Source of the DNA: a virus
Length of the DNA stretch: 64,000 nucleotides
Virus record (IMG/VR): IMGVR_UViG_3300029922_000014
Coordinates: 64,001-128,000 of that record
Strand: one strand, 5' to 3'
How positions within the stretch are numbered: position 1 is the stretch's first letter; every line of letters begins with the position of its first letter. The translations under genes were made by a program, and so were the position numbers. Shown in pieces: positions 53,272 through 63,063 of this stretch. The notes beneath the pieces are model-generated. The model made no database searches, was not told the origin of the DNA, and saw only the letters and a program-made list of their open reading frames with translations.

Positions 53272-53298
53272 AGCATGCGGCAATTGACATCGTGTCAG
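53272..53298 (-). promoter_or_regulatory. Box A (53285-53297) overlapping a putative portal promoter CTGACA-N15-CATGCT
   Basis: Exact Box A in the terL-portal gap. Confidence 0.75.
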
Positions 53299-53304
53299 TC
53301 CATC

Positions 53305-55434
53305 TCACAGATTTTTTTCCAGCGACTGCCAATCCATCTTCCCGCCCTCGCCGGTGATGATCGGCGGCTGACGCGATTGCAGTGCAGATTCGGTACGCGG
53401 GTCGACCATGTGCGTGTTGGTCTTGATGTCGTTGCTGTAGTGGGCAGCGATGGCAACCTGACTGTGGAGCGCATTCCAGACAGACCCACAGCAACTATCA
53501 GCTACGTCTTTGCTGCCTTTTCCGCCCTTCGCATTCTTCACTGGGTGATCGACCTTGCCCTTTCCCTTGATGTCGCGGGTGAGGTCCAGGACTTCTTCAA
53601 TGAAGGGTTCGTAGCGGTACGTGTGAATGCGCCGCTCAGAGAACGCAGCGCGCAGACCGACGTATTTAATGTCGTCCCGGTCGACGCTGATCTCCTTCGC
53701 CATGATTCCCATCTTGTTCAGGATCTGTTGACTGTCCTCCGATTCGTAACCGTCGAAGGTGACAACATGGACTGGAAAGAACTTGGTCAGGTATGCAACG
53801 AATGAGCGGATCTTCGAGAGGTCAATACGACTACCGGGCGGCGGCCGGATACGCAGCATGAAGTCCACCATCGCCACCGGCAGGTTCTCTGTGGTCGTGA
53901 TCCCGAGGTTCGCGGGATCGGTACGCTTGACGCTCTTAAAACCCGCGAGGTGCGACATCGCGATGCCGGCACAGTCCCCCGTCAGTGCGATGTCGACGTG
54001 GAGGTAGCGGGGAGCGCCTCGGTTAAGGCGCGGCGTCCACTTGCCATCAACGACCTGACACACGCGCTCAACATTGAACGCATCTTGCAGGTGGAAGTCG
54101 GTGGCGATGTCGATGGTCAGTTCTTCGCGATCAAACGGACATGGGATCTGATCGGTGATCGCGTCGAAGATCGAAGCGCGGTCGTGGATAAGCGGACTGA
54201 CATTGAAGGTGGCAACGCCTGCGATGTCACGCAGCGCTTGGTCGGTGTCTTCGATGAACTGCTTGTAGTAGTCCTGGGGGATCTCGACGAGCTTGGCGCC
54301 GTCGCGCGGCTTCTCATCGGGCTTCAGGATGCGACTGCGCGCAATACGGTCACCGACTTCGACCTTGAACCACGACTGCTTGGCGAACTCCTTGGGCTTG
54401 AGGTCCCAGATGGCGTAGTCGCTGACGTACACCGCTGAATCATTCTTCGTCAACTTGATGCGCTCTTCGAGGAAGGCGCCCAAACCTGCACGCGATGAAC
54501 CCAGCAACATGATGCCCGGAATAGTCCCACCGGGGCGCTTGAAACGACTCAAGACACGCGTGCTGGTGTTGTCGTAAAGCTTCTTGGCCTGCCCGACTTC
54601 GCCTTCAATCTCCGCCTTGGTCTTTCCTGGCATGTGCATGAAGTTGACTTCGTCCATGACGAAGCTGTAGAGGTCGAGACCGAGAGCATGAAACTCCCGA
54701 GAACCTAAAATGATTTTCACGTTCGACTTATCGAACTCGATTTCCGATGAGAGCCGCAGATTGTGCGGAAACTCCTGTTGAAAGTACGGACTGCTTTCCA
54801 GATAGCTGCGAAGTTTGGCATAAGCACTATCGGTGACTTGTTTCTTCGTAATCGAATAAATGCCAAACGTGATGAACGAATCAATCATCAGTCCGTAGTA
54901 TTGCGCGGGATTCCGCATACAGGACATGTAATAGATTTTGTACCCGAGCGCGCCTCCCATCATGCTCGTTTTTCCAGTTCCTATGCCCCCAGTTAGTAGC
55001 CACTCAGTAATTCCTGAGTTCGGATGCAGCACCGTGCACAGGTCGTGCATCCACTTGTCGTAAATCTTGGAGAAGTTGCGCCCAAAGTATTTCTGGTCAG
55101 TGAAGAATACTTCTGGCATCACCGGCTTGTGGATGAAGTCGATCTCCCAGATGGCATCGTGGATGACGTTGTAGGCGTCGCCTTCGCCCAAGCTGCTGAC
55201 CAGCCATTCGATCACCAGCTTGCGCTCATAGGAGTTCAGCGCATCAAATGCCGTGCGAATGTCATCGCCACTGCCGTTGATGACGTCTTCAGCGAACTTG
55301 TCGAAGAGCGCGATGGTGTCGGCGTTCGCTTCGGTCGGCCGGATGCCGTTCGCGGGGTTGCCCGGCCGCGGACGCGCGTGCTGATCAGTTCCGCCAAAGA
55401 CGGGATTCTTGGGAGGGAGCCTGCGAACAGCCAT
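53305..55434 (-). CDS. terL: Terminase large subunit
   Basis: Walker A GGIGTGKT, Walker B FVMDE, nuclease LHVDIA, VTFDG, KVDHP....SKDVAD. Confidence 0.9.
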   Translation of the reverse strand: MAVRRLPPKNPVFGGTDQHARPRPGNPANGIRPTEANADTIALFDKFAEDVINGSGDDIRTAFDALNSYERKLVIEWLVSSLGEGDAYNVIHDAIWEIDFIHKPVMPEVFFTDQKYFGRNFSKIYDKWMHDLCTVLHPNSGITEWLLTGGIGTGKTSMMGGALGYKIYYMSCMRNPAQYYGLMIDSFITFGIYSITKKQVTDSAYAKLRSYLESSPYFQQEFPHNLRLSSEIEFDKSNVKIILGSREFHALGLDLYSFVMDEVNFMHMPGKTKAEIEGEVGQAKKLYDNTSTRVLSRFKRPGGTIPGIMLLGSSRAGLGAFLEERIKLTKNDSAVYVSDYAIWDLKPKEFAKQSWFKVEVGDRIARSRILKPDEKPRDGAKLVEIPQDYYKQFIEDTDQALRDIAGVATFNVSPLIHDRASIFDAITDQIPCPFDREELTIDIATDFHLQDAFNVERVCQVVDGKWTPRLNRGAPRYLHVDIALTGDCAGIAMSHLAGFKSVKRTDPANLGITTTENLPVAMVDFMLRIRPPPGSRIDLSKIRSFVAYLTKFFPVHVVTFDGYESEDSQQILNKMGIMAKEISVDRDDIKYVGLRAAFSERRIHTYRYEPFIEEVLDLTRDIKGKGKVDHPVKNAKGGKGSKDVADSCCGSVWNALHSQVAIAAHYSNDIKTNTHMVDPRTESALQSRQPPIITGEGGKMDWQSLEKNL

Positions 55435-56124
55435 TCATTCTACTACTTTCGCGGCTTTGATCTCGCGGGCAGCCTGCCTGACCGCCCGTGGCTTCTGCAT
55501 CTTCTGCTGAATCGCCTTGGCCAAGTCGGCAGCGCGGGGTCCGAGCTTTTCGATCAGGTTGCGCACACGTTCACGCGCCAGGGCTTGTTCCTTCGGATCC
55601 AGGCCGCCGGTATCTTCCACGTCGATGCGTGCGCTGGCAATCTCCGCCGGCTTCATGAGCACGTCGAGGTTGCTGTCGGCACGGATGTCGATGCGGACCT
55701 TGGATTCTATGCCAAGGCACTCCATGACCTTTTCCGCGGCGCGAAGCTGCGTTGGGGTGATCCCAGCATCGCGCGTCAGCGGATTGCCGTGGCGGTCCTG
55801 CATGATCCTGCCTTCAGGATCGCGGATGTATGTCGGTCCGGCCATGGCCCGGTTGAGGGTAGACACCGCAGTCGGCGCCAGCCGCGCCAGCCCGCGCTTG
55901 GTGCTGAACTGGACACGGGATTGGATCGCCTCCTGATTGTCGAACTCGTGCTTGAGCAAGTCGAGTTGCGTCCGCACCTCAGGACGATTGAGGAAGTCGC
56001 TGACCTGCGTGATGGTCCAGCCAAGCTCGACAAGAACAGACGCCCCACGCGAAAAGAGTTCGACGACTACGCCTCGCTCTTCCGGTGAAAGCTGCGCCTG
56101 TGCAATGGCGACTTCGGACGACAT
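55435..56124 (-). CDS. Probable terminase small subunit
   Basis: Helical protein immediately upstream of terL (positional inference). Confidence 0.5.
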   Translation of the reverse strand: MSSEVAIAQAQLSPEERGVVVELFSRGASVLVELGWTITQVSDFLNRPEVRTQLDLLKHEFDNQEAIQSRVQFSTKRGLARLAPTAVSTLNRAMAGPTYIRDPEGRIMQDRHGNPLTRDAGITPTQLRAAEKVMECLGIESKVRIDIRADSNLDVLMKPAEIASARIDVEDTGGLDPKEQALARERVRNLIEKLGPRAADLAKAIQQKMQKPRAVRQAAREIKAAKVVE

Positions 56125-56525
56125 CAGATTTTCTTTTCCTTGAGCGCTTGCTTGAGGCTGGTGGCCGGGATGAACCGAACATACCGACGCGCGGGAACAC
56201 GCCGCAGGGTATCGCCGCCGGCCTCGCGATAGTTGGTCGGCTTCTTGACGTACGGTTCGAGCGTGCCGACGTTGACCAGTGACACGGTGCGACCGGTCTG
56301 GATGGCCTCCGTGATCACGCCGAGCAATGCGGTCCAGGCAGCGGTCGCTTGCAGCTTGGTGCAGGCCTTCTTGCCCAGGGTATGGCGCAGGACCTTTTCG
56401 AGGTGCCCACTACCGACCCGGCCGCCGACGGGGATGTCCGTCAGAAGGTCAGGGGCATCAGTGTCGGTGTCGGCATCAGCATCGTCCGCCACTGCGGTAT
56501 CGACTTTGTCTTCGTCTTCGTTCAT
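56124..56525 (-). CDS. HU/IHF-family DNA-binding protein
   Basis: ITEAIQTGRTVSLVNVGTL......TNYR.......VPARRYVRFIPA.SLK.AL. Confidence 0.8.
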   Translation of the reverse strand: MNEDEDKVDTAVADDADADTDTDAPDLLTDIPVGGRVGSGHLEKVLRHTLGKKACTKLQATAAWTALLGVITEAIQTGRTVSLVNVGTLEPYVKKPTNYREAGGDTLRRVPARRYVRFIPATSLKQALKEKKI

Positions 56526-56532
56526 GGGGATC

Positions 56533-57033
56533 TCACAGGGTAGAAGGAGGGGTGGATGACGTCAGAACGTCCAGTGGCAACACGACAGCATCATTGAACA
56601 TAATCCGCGGTGTTGGTTCAGGACCAATGCGGTGCATGTTGAAAAACGCTGCCTTGGACAACAGGGCAAGATCGGGTGACCGATTCTTGGAAAAGATAAG
56701 GAGTGGCGTGAGTTCAGCTTCTACGGCTTGCCGCTTCGCCTGTTCCCACCACATCCACGGCCCCCACTTTGAACTGGTCATCGCAATGCCCAAGTCCCAA
56801 TTGGCTTCCACTTTCTTGAGTTCAATGCACCACGGCACCTTGATGCGTGGATCATGAATCAGGTCCCGGCCCCCCACCCAGGTACTGATCAGATTGCTGT
56901 CGTCCGCTTCCCTCCGCCGAAACAAAAGATTGGTCGTCGACATATCCTTGAACGACGGTCCCCCATACCAGATCGACATCTTTCGTGCGATCTCGTTCTC
57001 GTAGCTGTTTCCCTTGCGTCGTCCGTCGGTCAT
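56533..57033 (-). CDS. Holliday junction resolvase (Hjc-like PD-(D/E)xK)
   Basis: GRRKG.SYE.EIA...DLI...IELKK...WWEQA..QA.....PLLIF..NR. Confidence 0.75.
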   Translation of the reverse strand: MTDGRRKGNSYENEIARKMSIWYGGPSFKDMSTTNLLFRRREADDSNLISTWVGGRDLIHDPRIKVPWCIELKKVEANWDLGIAMTSSKWGPWMWWEQAKRQAVEAELTPLLIFSKNRSPDLALLSKAAFFNMHRIGPEPTPRIMFNDAVVLPLDVLTSSTPPSTL

Positions 57034-57037
57034 ATGG

Positions 57038-58927
57038 TCAGTGTGCCGCGGAGAGCGTAGTGGTTTTCGCGCCATGCGCAACAACAACGGAAGAGCCGCC
57101 GCGGTCGACCACAGAGAACACGACATCCGCCGCAGCTTTTATGCGTTCGTCGTGGGTCACCATGATCACCGGGCAGGTCGCTGCGGTTTCTTTCAGAATG
57201 TCGATCACGTAGGAGCAACCCTGACGATCGAGCCCGTCAAAAATCTCGTCGACGAAAAGCTGGTTGAATGGCTTGACGGTCCGGGACGCCAGGAGGTCCC
57301 GGAAAGCGCAGAGAAGCGAAACATCGAACCGGCGCTTCTGCCCCTTGCTCGCGCCGTGGTACAGGTCGGTCTTGCCGGGAATGACGGCCTCGACGGACAG
57401 TTCCTCGCGGTAGACATCGCGCTTGGTCTTGAGTTCCCGGGTAGCATGGAGGCGCAGGATCGCCCCGGGTCCGAGGAGACGTTGCGCGTAGGCCGTGGCC
57501 CTGCGGTTGATCTCAGGTATCTCGGATTCGATCAGGAAGCTCTTGATCCCGGAGTTGCCAAATGCTTCGATCCAGAACAGGAGTTGATCCTGGCGCCCGC
57601 GCAGTTCGGCCTGTTCTTCGGTCAGCTTGAGGAGCTTGTTGCGCCCAATGGCGATCTCGGATTCAAGTGCAGTCACAGCGGCGCGGTCCTGGGACATGCG
57701 AGACTTCAACGATGCCACGCGTTCGCGCAGGGTGGCAGCTTCGGCCCGGAGGCGGCTCAACTCTTCGTCTTTGTGGGCAATTGCAGCCGCGTAAAGGCCT
57801 GCCCAGCGATCATTCGGTTGCAGCACGTCCGCCAGGGAGTCCTGCGCCGTTCTGGCCTCTGTGAGCCTCCGTTTGGCATCTGCAAGCTGGGGCGCCAAAG
57901 CTTCGATCGAATCACGCAGGGCGCGGACGTTCATGTCCGCGTGGCTGGCTTTGACTTCCTGCTCGCAAGCGGGACAGCGACTGCCGGTCATGTTCGCCCA
58001 CGACGCCATCTCTTTCTTCTGCGCACTGAGCCTGACTTCGGTGCGAGCGATCTCACCAGAGATGGTGGAGATGATGTCGGTGTGCGCACTGCGCTGCGCG
58101 TTGATGGCGGCCTGCTTGACCGCGACTTCACGGCGGCGAATGGTGATGGCAGCGGCGGCTTTTTGCTGACGCTCGACAAGACGAGCACGATCGACGGTCG
58201 TTCGGATTGACATCGCGTTAGTCCGACGAAGCCGAGCCTGCGCACGGATGAAGTCGAAGGACACTTCGCTATTGTCCTGGTTCGCCTTCTCCTGAAGGAC
58301 TTGCAGGCGCACGTTCTGATTCTCCAGCACCGCAGTCACCGACGCGATCTCCGTGTCGATGCGGTCGAGGTTCGGCTGGATCATCTTGGAGTCAGAAGCG
58401 GCGAGCTTGCGCGCATCCTCATACAGTTCGAGGCACAGCATCTTGTCAAAGATGCGTTTACGGTCGCTGTCGTCGGCGGAGAAGAACGACTTCACCTCTT
58501 CGCGCACGCCGAAAGCGACCACGTTCATGAAGCTCAGGTAGTCGACACCGATCATCTGCACGATCGCGGCGTCGGTCTGCGCGTTGGTTCCGCGAGTGAC
58601 TTCAACGTCATCGACGAAGAGGCGCACGTTGTCGCGGTGCTTCGGGTGCTTGCGGTAACGGATGCAGCGGATCCTGGTTTTTCCGTCGGTGATGTTGACG
58701 GACACATACGTACCGCCCGTGGAGTCGTGCCGGATGATGTTGTCGCCGTCGTACTTCGGCCGAATACACTTACTATAGAGTGAAAAACTAATACCGTCGA
58801 ACAGGGCACTTTTGCCCATGCCGTTATCACCCTCAATGAGGGTCAATCCAGTCTTCGCAAAGTCGAAGCTCGTCTGCTCGAAGAACATGAAGTTGCCGTA
58901 GTCGACCAACCCAATGACAAAGCTCAC
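57038..58927 (-). CDS. Rad50/SbcC/gp46-like recombination ATPase
   Basis: GDNGMGKS, coiled coils with CPAC zinc hook, SKGQ signature, LFVDE.FDGLD, VTH. Confidence 0.92.
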   Translation of the reverse strand: MSFVIGLVDYGNFMFFEQTSFDFAKTGLTLIEGDNGMGKSALFDGISFSLYSKCIRPKYDGDNIIRHDSTGGTYVSVNITDGKTRIRCIRYRKHPKHRDNVRLFVDDVEVTRGTNAQTDAAIVQMIGVDYLSFMNVVAFGVREEVKSFFSADDSDRKRIFDKMLCLELYEDARKLAASDSKMIQPNLDRIDTEIASVTAVLENQNVRLQVLQEKANQDNSEVSFDFIRAQARLRRTNAMSIRTTVDRARLVERQQKAAAAITIRRREVAVKQAAINAQRSAHTDIISTISGEIARTEVRLSAQKKEMASWANMTGSRCPACEQEVKASHADMNVRALRDSIEALAPQLADAKRRLTEARTAQDSLADVLQPNDRWAGLYAAAIAHKDEELSRLRAEAATLRERVASLKSRMSQDRAAVTALESEIAIGRNKLLKLTEEQAELRGRQDQLLFWIEAFGNSGIKSFLIESEIPEINRRATAYAQRLLGPGAILRLHATRELKTKRDVYREELSVEAVIPGKTDLYHGASKGQKRRFDVSLLCAFRDLLASRTVKPFNQLFVDEIFDGLDRQGCSYVIDILKETAATCPVIMVTHDERIKAAADVVFSVVDRGGSSVVVAHGAKTTTLSAAH

Positions 58928-59928
58928 GACAGCCCCTTCGCTCTCTCCAGCAGTTCATTGCCGAGTTTGGACAGGTGCCCACCCGGATCAGGCAGATCGC
59001 GGTATTTCAGATAGGCGGTGATGATGTCGCCGTGGGTGTGGCTGGTGCGGATGTCGATCCGCGGCGGGGCTCCTGGCGCTTCGGAATAGCTCGACCTGAC
59101 GATGCGGGCATGTTCGACCTTGGCCTTGATCTTCAGGTAGGTCGCGTGGTCCGGAGCGTCGATCCAGATGAAGTCGTTTTCGCCAACCTCCGGGACCGCG
59201 AAGGAGTCGGTGATCTTATAGAACCGCGGGCTGACGGTGTTCTCGACGAATGACAACGTGTCAGTCTCGGTATCGAGGATGCGCACCCCGCGCTTCCCGC
59301 CGCAGTCACCAAAGTCCAATTGCATCGGGGAGCCGATGTAGTGGATGTTGTCGGTATCCTTCGGTGCGTGCACGTCACCCAGCAGAACACGCTTCCAGGA
59401 CCGGGGCTTGAGCGCTTCGATCGGCAGAGTTTTGGCGGACTTGTGGACGGCGCCGTCGATCAGGGCATGCGCCAGCAGGTAGTCGCAATGCGATTCCTCG
59501 GCGGCCTGGGCGATGTCTTCGGCCAGTTGGGTGTTGTCGTCCGTCCAGGGCATGAGCATGAACGGCGGCATCATGAATGGCTGATCAATCACCTCACCGC
59601 TGCCGAGAAAAATCTGCATCGAATTGATGCCGGGCGTACGCAGGTAAGAATCGTGGTTCCCGACGATGAAGCACAGATCGACGCTTTGCGATGTTTCATG
59701 CACGACGCGGCAGAGGCGGTCCAGCACCGACATGTCGATGCTGGTGCGGGAGTCGATGAAGTCCCCGACCACGAAGATACGCTCGCACTTCTGGTCGATC
59801 GCGATTTTGGTCATCCACCGCCAGCAGTCGAGCATATCGGTCAAACGCGTCGAAACGCCGTCGACGCCGATCGTCGAAAGACCGGCGTAGGTATCGAACT
59901 GCCAGTCGGCGGTGAGCAGAACTTTCAC
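58924..59928 (-). CDS. Mre11/SbcD/gp47-like nuclease
   Basis: TADWQ, VGDF.D, VGNHD, GDVH, YIGSP.Q.DFGD. Confidence 0.9.
   Translation of the reverse strand: MKVLLTADWQFDTYAGLSTIGVDGVSTRLTDMLDCWRWMTKIAIDQKCERIFVVGDFIDSRTSIDMSVLDRLCRVVHETSQSVDLCFIVGNHDSYLRTPGINSMQIFLGSGEVIDQPFMMPPFMLMPWTDDNTQLAEDIAQAAEESHCDYLLAHALIDGAVHKSAKTLPIEALKPRSWKRVLLGDVHAPKDTDNIHYIGSPMQLDFGDCGGKRGVRILDTETDTLSFVENTVSPRFYKITDSFAVPEVGENDFIWIDAPDHATYLKIKAKVEHARIVRSSYSEAPGAPPRIDIRTSHTHGDIITAYLKYRDLPDPGGHLSKLGNELLERAKGLS
59251..59263. promoter_or_regulatory. Box A (ACG core) inside the nuclease gene
   Basis: TGACAACGTGTCA, perfect arms. Confidence 0.55.
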
Positions 59929-60128
59929 GGCACCACCACAACAGTCAGGTTCCGCGCCATCCGCATCCAACGCCCATCAGCGCTCAACACATCGCGACGC
60001 AGGTCGGTAGGCAGATAACCTGGATACTCCGCGCTGCCGCGGACCGTGCGAACCGGCGGAAGAATCCTGCCATTTTTTGCCACGACACGAAACTTGTCGC
60101 CGGGCTTGAGGTCATTGAGCGCCGTCAT
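59925..60128 (-). CDS. Small hypothetical protein
   Basis: ATGA-coupled. Confidence 0.5.
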   Translation of the reverse strand: MTALNDLKPGDKFRVVAKNGRILPPVRTVRGSAEYPGYLPTDLRRDVLSADGRWMRMARNLTVVVVP

Positions 60129-60514
60129 GCGAACTGCCCGATGCGCATGTCCAAGCCGACGCGCTGGGACACTTCGTCCCACTTATCGGCGGTCGCCTTG
60201 CCAAGGTCGATGCCGAGACGGAAGGCGAGGATGTCGAGGTAGACCACGACATCGGCCAGTTCCTTCGCCAGCATGATCCTCCGTGACTCCTCGGGCAGAT
60301 TGTCGAGGTCGCCGCGCCGGATCTTCTTCTTGAGGTTGGCGTATTCCCCCAACTCACCCAGCACCGCTTCGAGCCATTCGGCGTCGGACCAGTCGGAACC
60401 GTCCGCCACGTGGACCACCTTGCCGAGGGCATCCTTGAAAAGCGGGAGGCGCGCGACGTTGGCACGGCGCAGGGCGGCGAAGGTGAGGGGGTTGAGTTCG
60501 TCGGAGATGGACAT
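60125..60514 (-). CDS. MazG-like nucleotide pyrophosphohydrolase
   Basis: GELGEYAN..KKI.RGD...KELADVV.YL..LA. Confidence 0.8.
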   Translation of the reverse strand: MSISDELNPLTFAALRRANVARLPLFKDALGKVVHVADGSDWSDAEWLEAVLGELGEYANLKKKIRRGDLDNLPEESRRIMLAKELADVVVYLDILAFRLGIDLGKATADKWDEVSQRVGLDMRIGQFA

Positions 60515-60516
60515 GG

Positions 60517-61518
60517 TTATTTCCTGTCGGGCCATGCGCAGTTGACGGTCTCGAAGATGACGGCTTCTGAGACAAAGTCGTTCTTGCGAATCTTCTTGGC
60601 AAACTCGTCGAAGCGACGCTGACTCCAACCGGCATTCTCAATCGCGATTCGCGCGCAGTGACAACCGGCAAGCATCCCACCCAAAATCAACAACTCCACC
60701 TTGCTGAGATTGATACCGTCGATGAAGTGGTCTTTGTAGCTGGCCCATGCAGCAGGAAACAGCACTTCCGTGACGCGAGCAATGGCATCAGCGAACACGC
60801 GAATCTCAAACTGCGCATGCTTATCTGTGCGCAGACGCAGGTAGTTCAGCAGATTCTTGAGGTCGCACTTCCACACGCACTGGGTGTAAATGTTCACACC
60901 GAGAACCATGCGGGCTTGCTCACGGGCAATTCCCGGAATCTTGAGACCGCTGGCACCGTGTTCATCGTTGATACCGCTGAGCAACGCCTGATAGAGCCCG
61001 TAGCTGTTGTCGTTATGCTCCTTGAGCCAATCGTAGAGCCTATGCGCAATCTTCGGATCCAGTTCATATTGAATGGTGGCCTGCTTGTTCACCGTCGTAT
61101 TCATCGCCCAGTGCTCGGGCTTCGGAACGTAGAAGTCGCTGGCCAGTTCTGAATATCGCGCGCTCTCCTCATTCAAAGAGGCAGTGCGATGACGAACGTG
61201 CTGCCGCATAACAAAGATCGGCAGACGGATGTGGAACTTCAACTCCCCCATCTCAATCGGGCTGGTGTGTTGGTTTCGGATGAGGTGGTCAATAAGGGCA
61301 GCGTCGGCGCTTACCTTGCGGGTACCTTTCTGGTAACTGATACGCGCAGCGTCGGCCAGAGCAAAGTCGCAACCAACAGCGTCAGTCGGAATCAGACGCG
61401 GCATGCAATCCAGCACCTTGACGAATCCATGATCGAGGCACGGCTGATCAAGCAAATTGACAGGCAGACGCGAGAGAGCGTCAACAACAGCGTCGCCAGT
61501 AATCGGATCAGTGAACAT
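60517..61518 (-). CDS. thyX: Flavin-dependent thymidylate synthase
   Basis: AARISY, HTSP.E, PIFV.RQH.RHRTASLNEESARY, REQAR.VL, LR.D.HAQ.EIR. Confidence 0.95.
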   Translation of the reverse strand: MFTDPITGDAVVDALSRLPVNLLDQPCLDHGFVKVLDCMPRLIPTDAVGCDFALADAARISYQKGTRKVSADAALIDHLIRNQHTSPIEMGELKFHIRLPIFVMRQHVRHRTASLNEESARYSELASDFYVPKPEHWAMNTTVNKQATIQYELDPKIAHRLYDWLKEHNDNSYGLYQALLSGINDEHGASGLKIPGIAREQARMVLGVNIYTQCVWKCDLKNLLNYLRLRTDKHAQFEIRVFADAIARVTEVLFPAAWASYKDHFIDGINLSKVELLILGGMLAGCHCARIAIENAGWSQRRFDEFAKKIRKNDFVSEAVIFETVNCAWPDRK

Positions 61519-61527
61519 AATATTTCC

Positions 61528-62136
61528 TTACAGCCAAGGTGCGGTTTGAACGATGGACTTGAACACGATCTCGGCGGAGAAGGTCGGCACGCTGGTGTCG
61601 TAATAGTCGATGGTGAAGTCGTGCGCCGCGAGATAGGCGAGGATGTTGTAGACCATCGGAATGTCACCATGCAGCCGCGCCTGCGCCAGCTTCATCCGCT
61701 CTGTATCGAGTTCGTCACGGGCAGTGACGCGCTTCTCGCGCACGTCGGGCGGTGCCCAAAGATGCACGAACATGCTGCGGTAGGGCAGCGCGATGGCGTC
61801 GTGCATCTGCTGCCAATCCCGCGGCTGCCCGTCGATCAGAATGACCTTCTTGCCTGCGGCGGTGTGGGCGCTGATCCCATCGACACACATCTTCCACGCT
61901 TCAACCGCGGTGTGCGCCGGGGCTGCTTGGCCTTGAAAGTGGGATGGCGGATACTTCGCCCGCATCATCTTTCCGACTTCGACCAGCCCGACGGTGGACT
62001 TCTTGCCCAGTTCCGCCAGGAGCGTGGTCTTGCCGACACCGTTCGGTCCCAGGATCCACGCCAACACAGGGCGCGTCCAAAAGGCCATGTCGACTTCGTA
62101 GGGGGATATTTTGGGTTCAGCGGTCGCGGTGTTCAT
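61528..62136 (-). CDS. Nucleoside monophosphate kinase (adenylate kinase-like)
   Basis: ILGPNGVGKTT, VG..MR, ILIDGQPR...Q. Confidence 0.75.
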   Translation of the reverse strand: MNTATAEPKISPYEVDMAFWTRPVLAWILGPNGVGKTTLLAELGKKSTVGLVEVGKMMRAKYPPSHFQGQAAPAHTAVEAWKMCVDGISAHTAAGKKVILIDGQPRDWQQMHDAIALPYRSMFVHLWAPPDVREKRVTARDELDTERMKLAQARLHGDIPMVYNILAYLAAHDFTIDYYDTSVPTFSAEIVFKSIVQTAPWL

Positions 62137-62142
62137 GGGTCC

Positions 62143-63048
62143 TCAGATGTCCAAGCGGATCTTGTAGCGGCGACCGTCCATCTCGGTTTCGGTCGGGCCA
62201 ACCCACGTGGCAGGGATGATGACGGTCTTGCCCTTCATCGCGGAATAGCGCTCTGCGTTGTAGGTGCGGAAGTGCCGGCGGCGGGCATGGGAACCCGGGC
62301 TGCTATGTGAACCGCGCAGGCTGGGAAGCAGATGCTGGATCTCGCGAGGGTACAGCGTGGTGTAGCGCGGGCGGTCGTCGCTGCGCAGGATCTTTCCGGC
62401 CTTCTTCGCCTTATCGGGTGACCGCGCCTTCATGGACAGGGACTCAACCACGAAGCGCGCTGGCTGGTTGAACCAGCACACCTCTTCGATGGCAGCCCCG
62501 ACGTTGCGGATGGCGCTTGCTTCGATGCCTGCGAATGCAGTCACGGAGCGGTTGCGCTGCTGCGGCAGGATGATCTGGTCCTTGGTCACTGCCGCCCACC
62601 ATTCGAGGTTGCCGGCGAGGGTGACGGGGTTGCGTTCGGCAGTCGGCTGGAATTGATAGCTGGACAGGGTTCCAACGGTGATGACGTAGGTGTCGGAGGG
62701 AACACCCTTGTCCTTGAAGAACGCGGTGCTGGGGCTGGGAGTCGAATCTGCGAACTCGCCTTCCGTGCCGAAGATCGGGTAGCATTCGATGAACGTGCGT
62801 GGTTTTGAAAAACCGACCTGCGCTTCATCCTCGTCTTCGATCAGGATGCAGGAGGCAGTGTCTTCGATCGCGGTGCAGTGGAACGGGAGGAAGAAGCTGT
62901 CGACCAGTTCTTTCACATCGCCATATTCCATTTCTTTCAGGATCTCGTGCGCGCGGCCAGGGAAGCTGAAGAGGGCGGCGGATTCGCACATCGCCCGGAG
63001 TGGCGGGATATGACGTTCAGCAAAGCCGCAGAGTTTATCGAAAATCAT
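62143..63048 (-). CDS. Conserved hypothetical phage protein
   Basis: C-terminal SP..HARRRHFR...I...WVG motif. Confidence 0.65.
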   Translation of the reverse strand: MIFDKLCGFAERHIPPLRAMCESAALFSFPGRAHEILKEMEYGDVKELVDSFFLPFHCTAIEDTASCILIEDEDEAQVGFSKPRTFIECYPIFGTEGEFADSTPSPSTAFFKDKGVPSDTYVITVGTLSSYQFQPTAERNPVTLAGNLEWWAAVTKDQIILPQQRNRSVTAFAGIEASAIRNVGAAIEEVCWFNQPARFVVESLSMKARSPDKAKKAGKILRSDDRPRYTTLYPREIQHLLPSLRGSHSSPGSHARRRHFRTYNAERYSAMKGKTVIIPATWVGPTETEMDGRRYKIRLDI

Positions 63049-63063
63049 GGTTACCTGGGGGGA

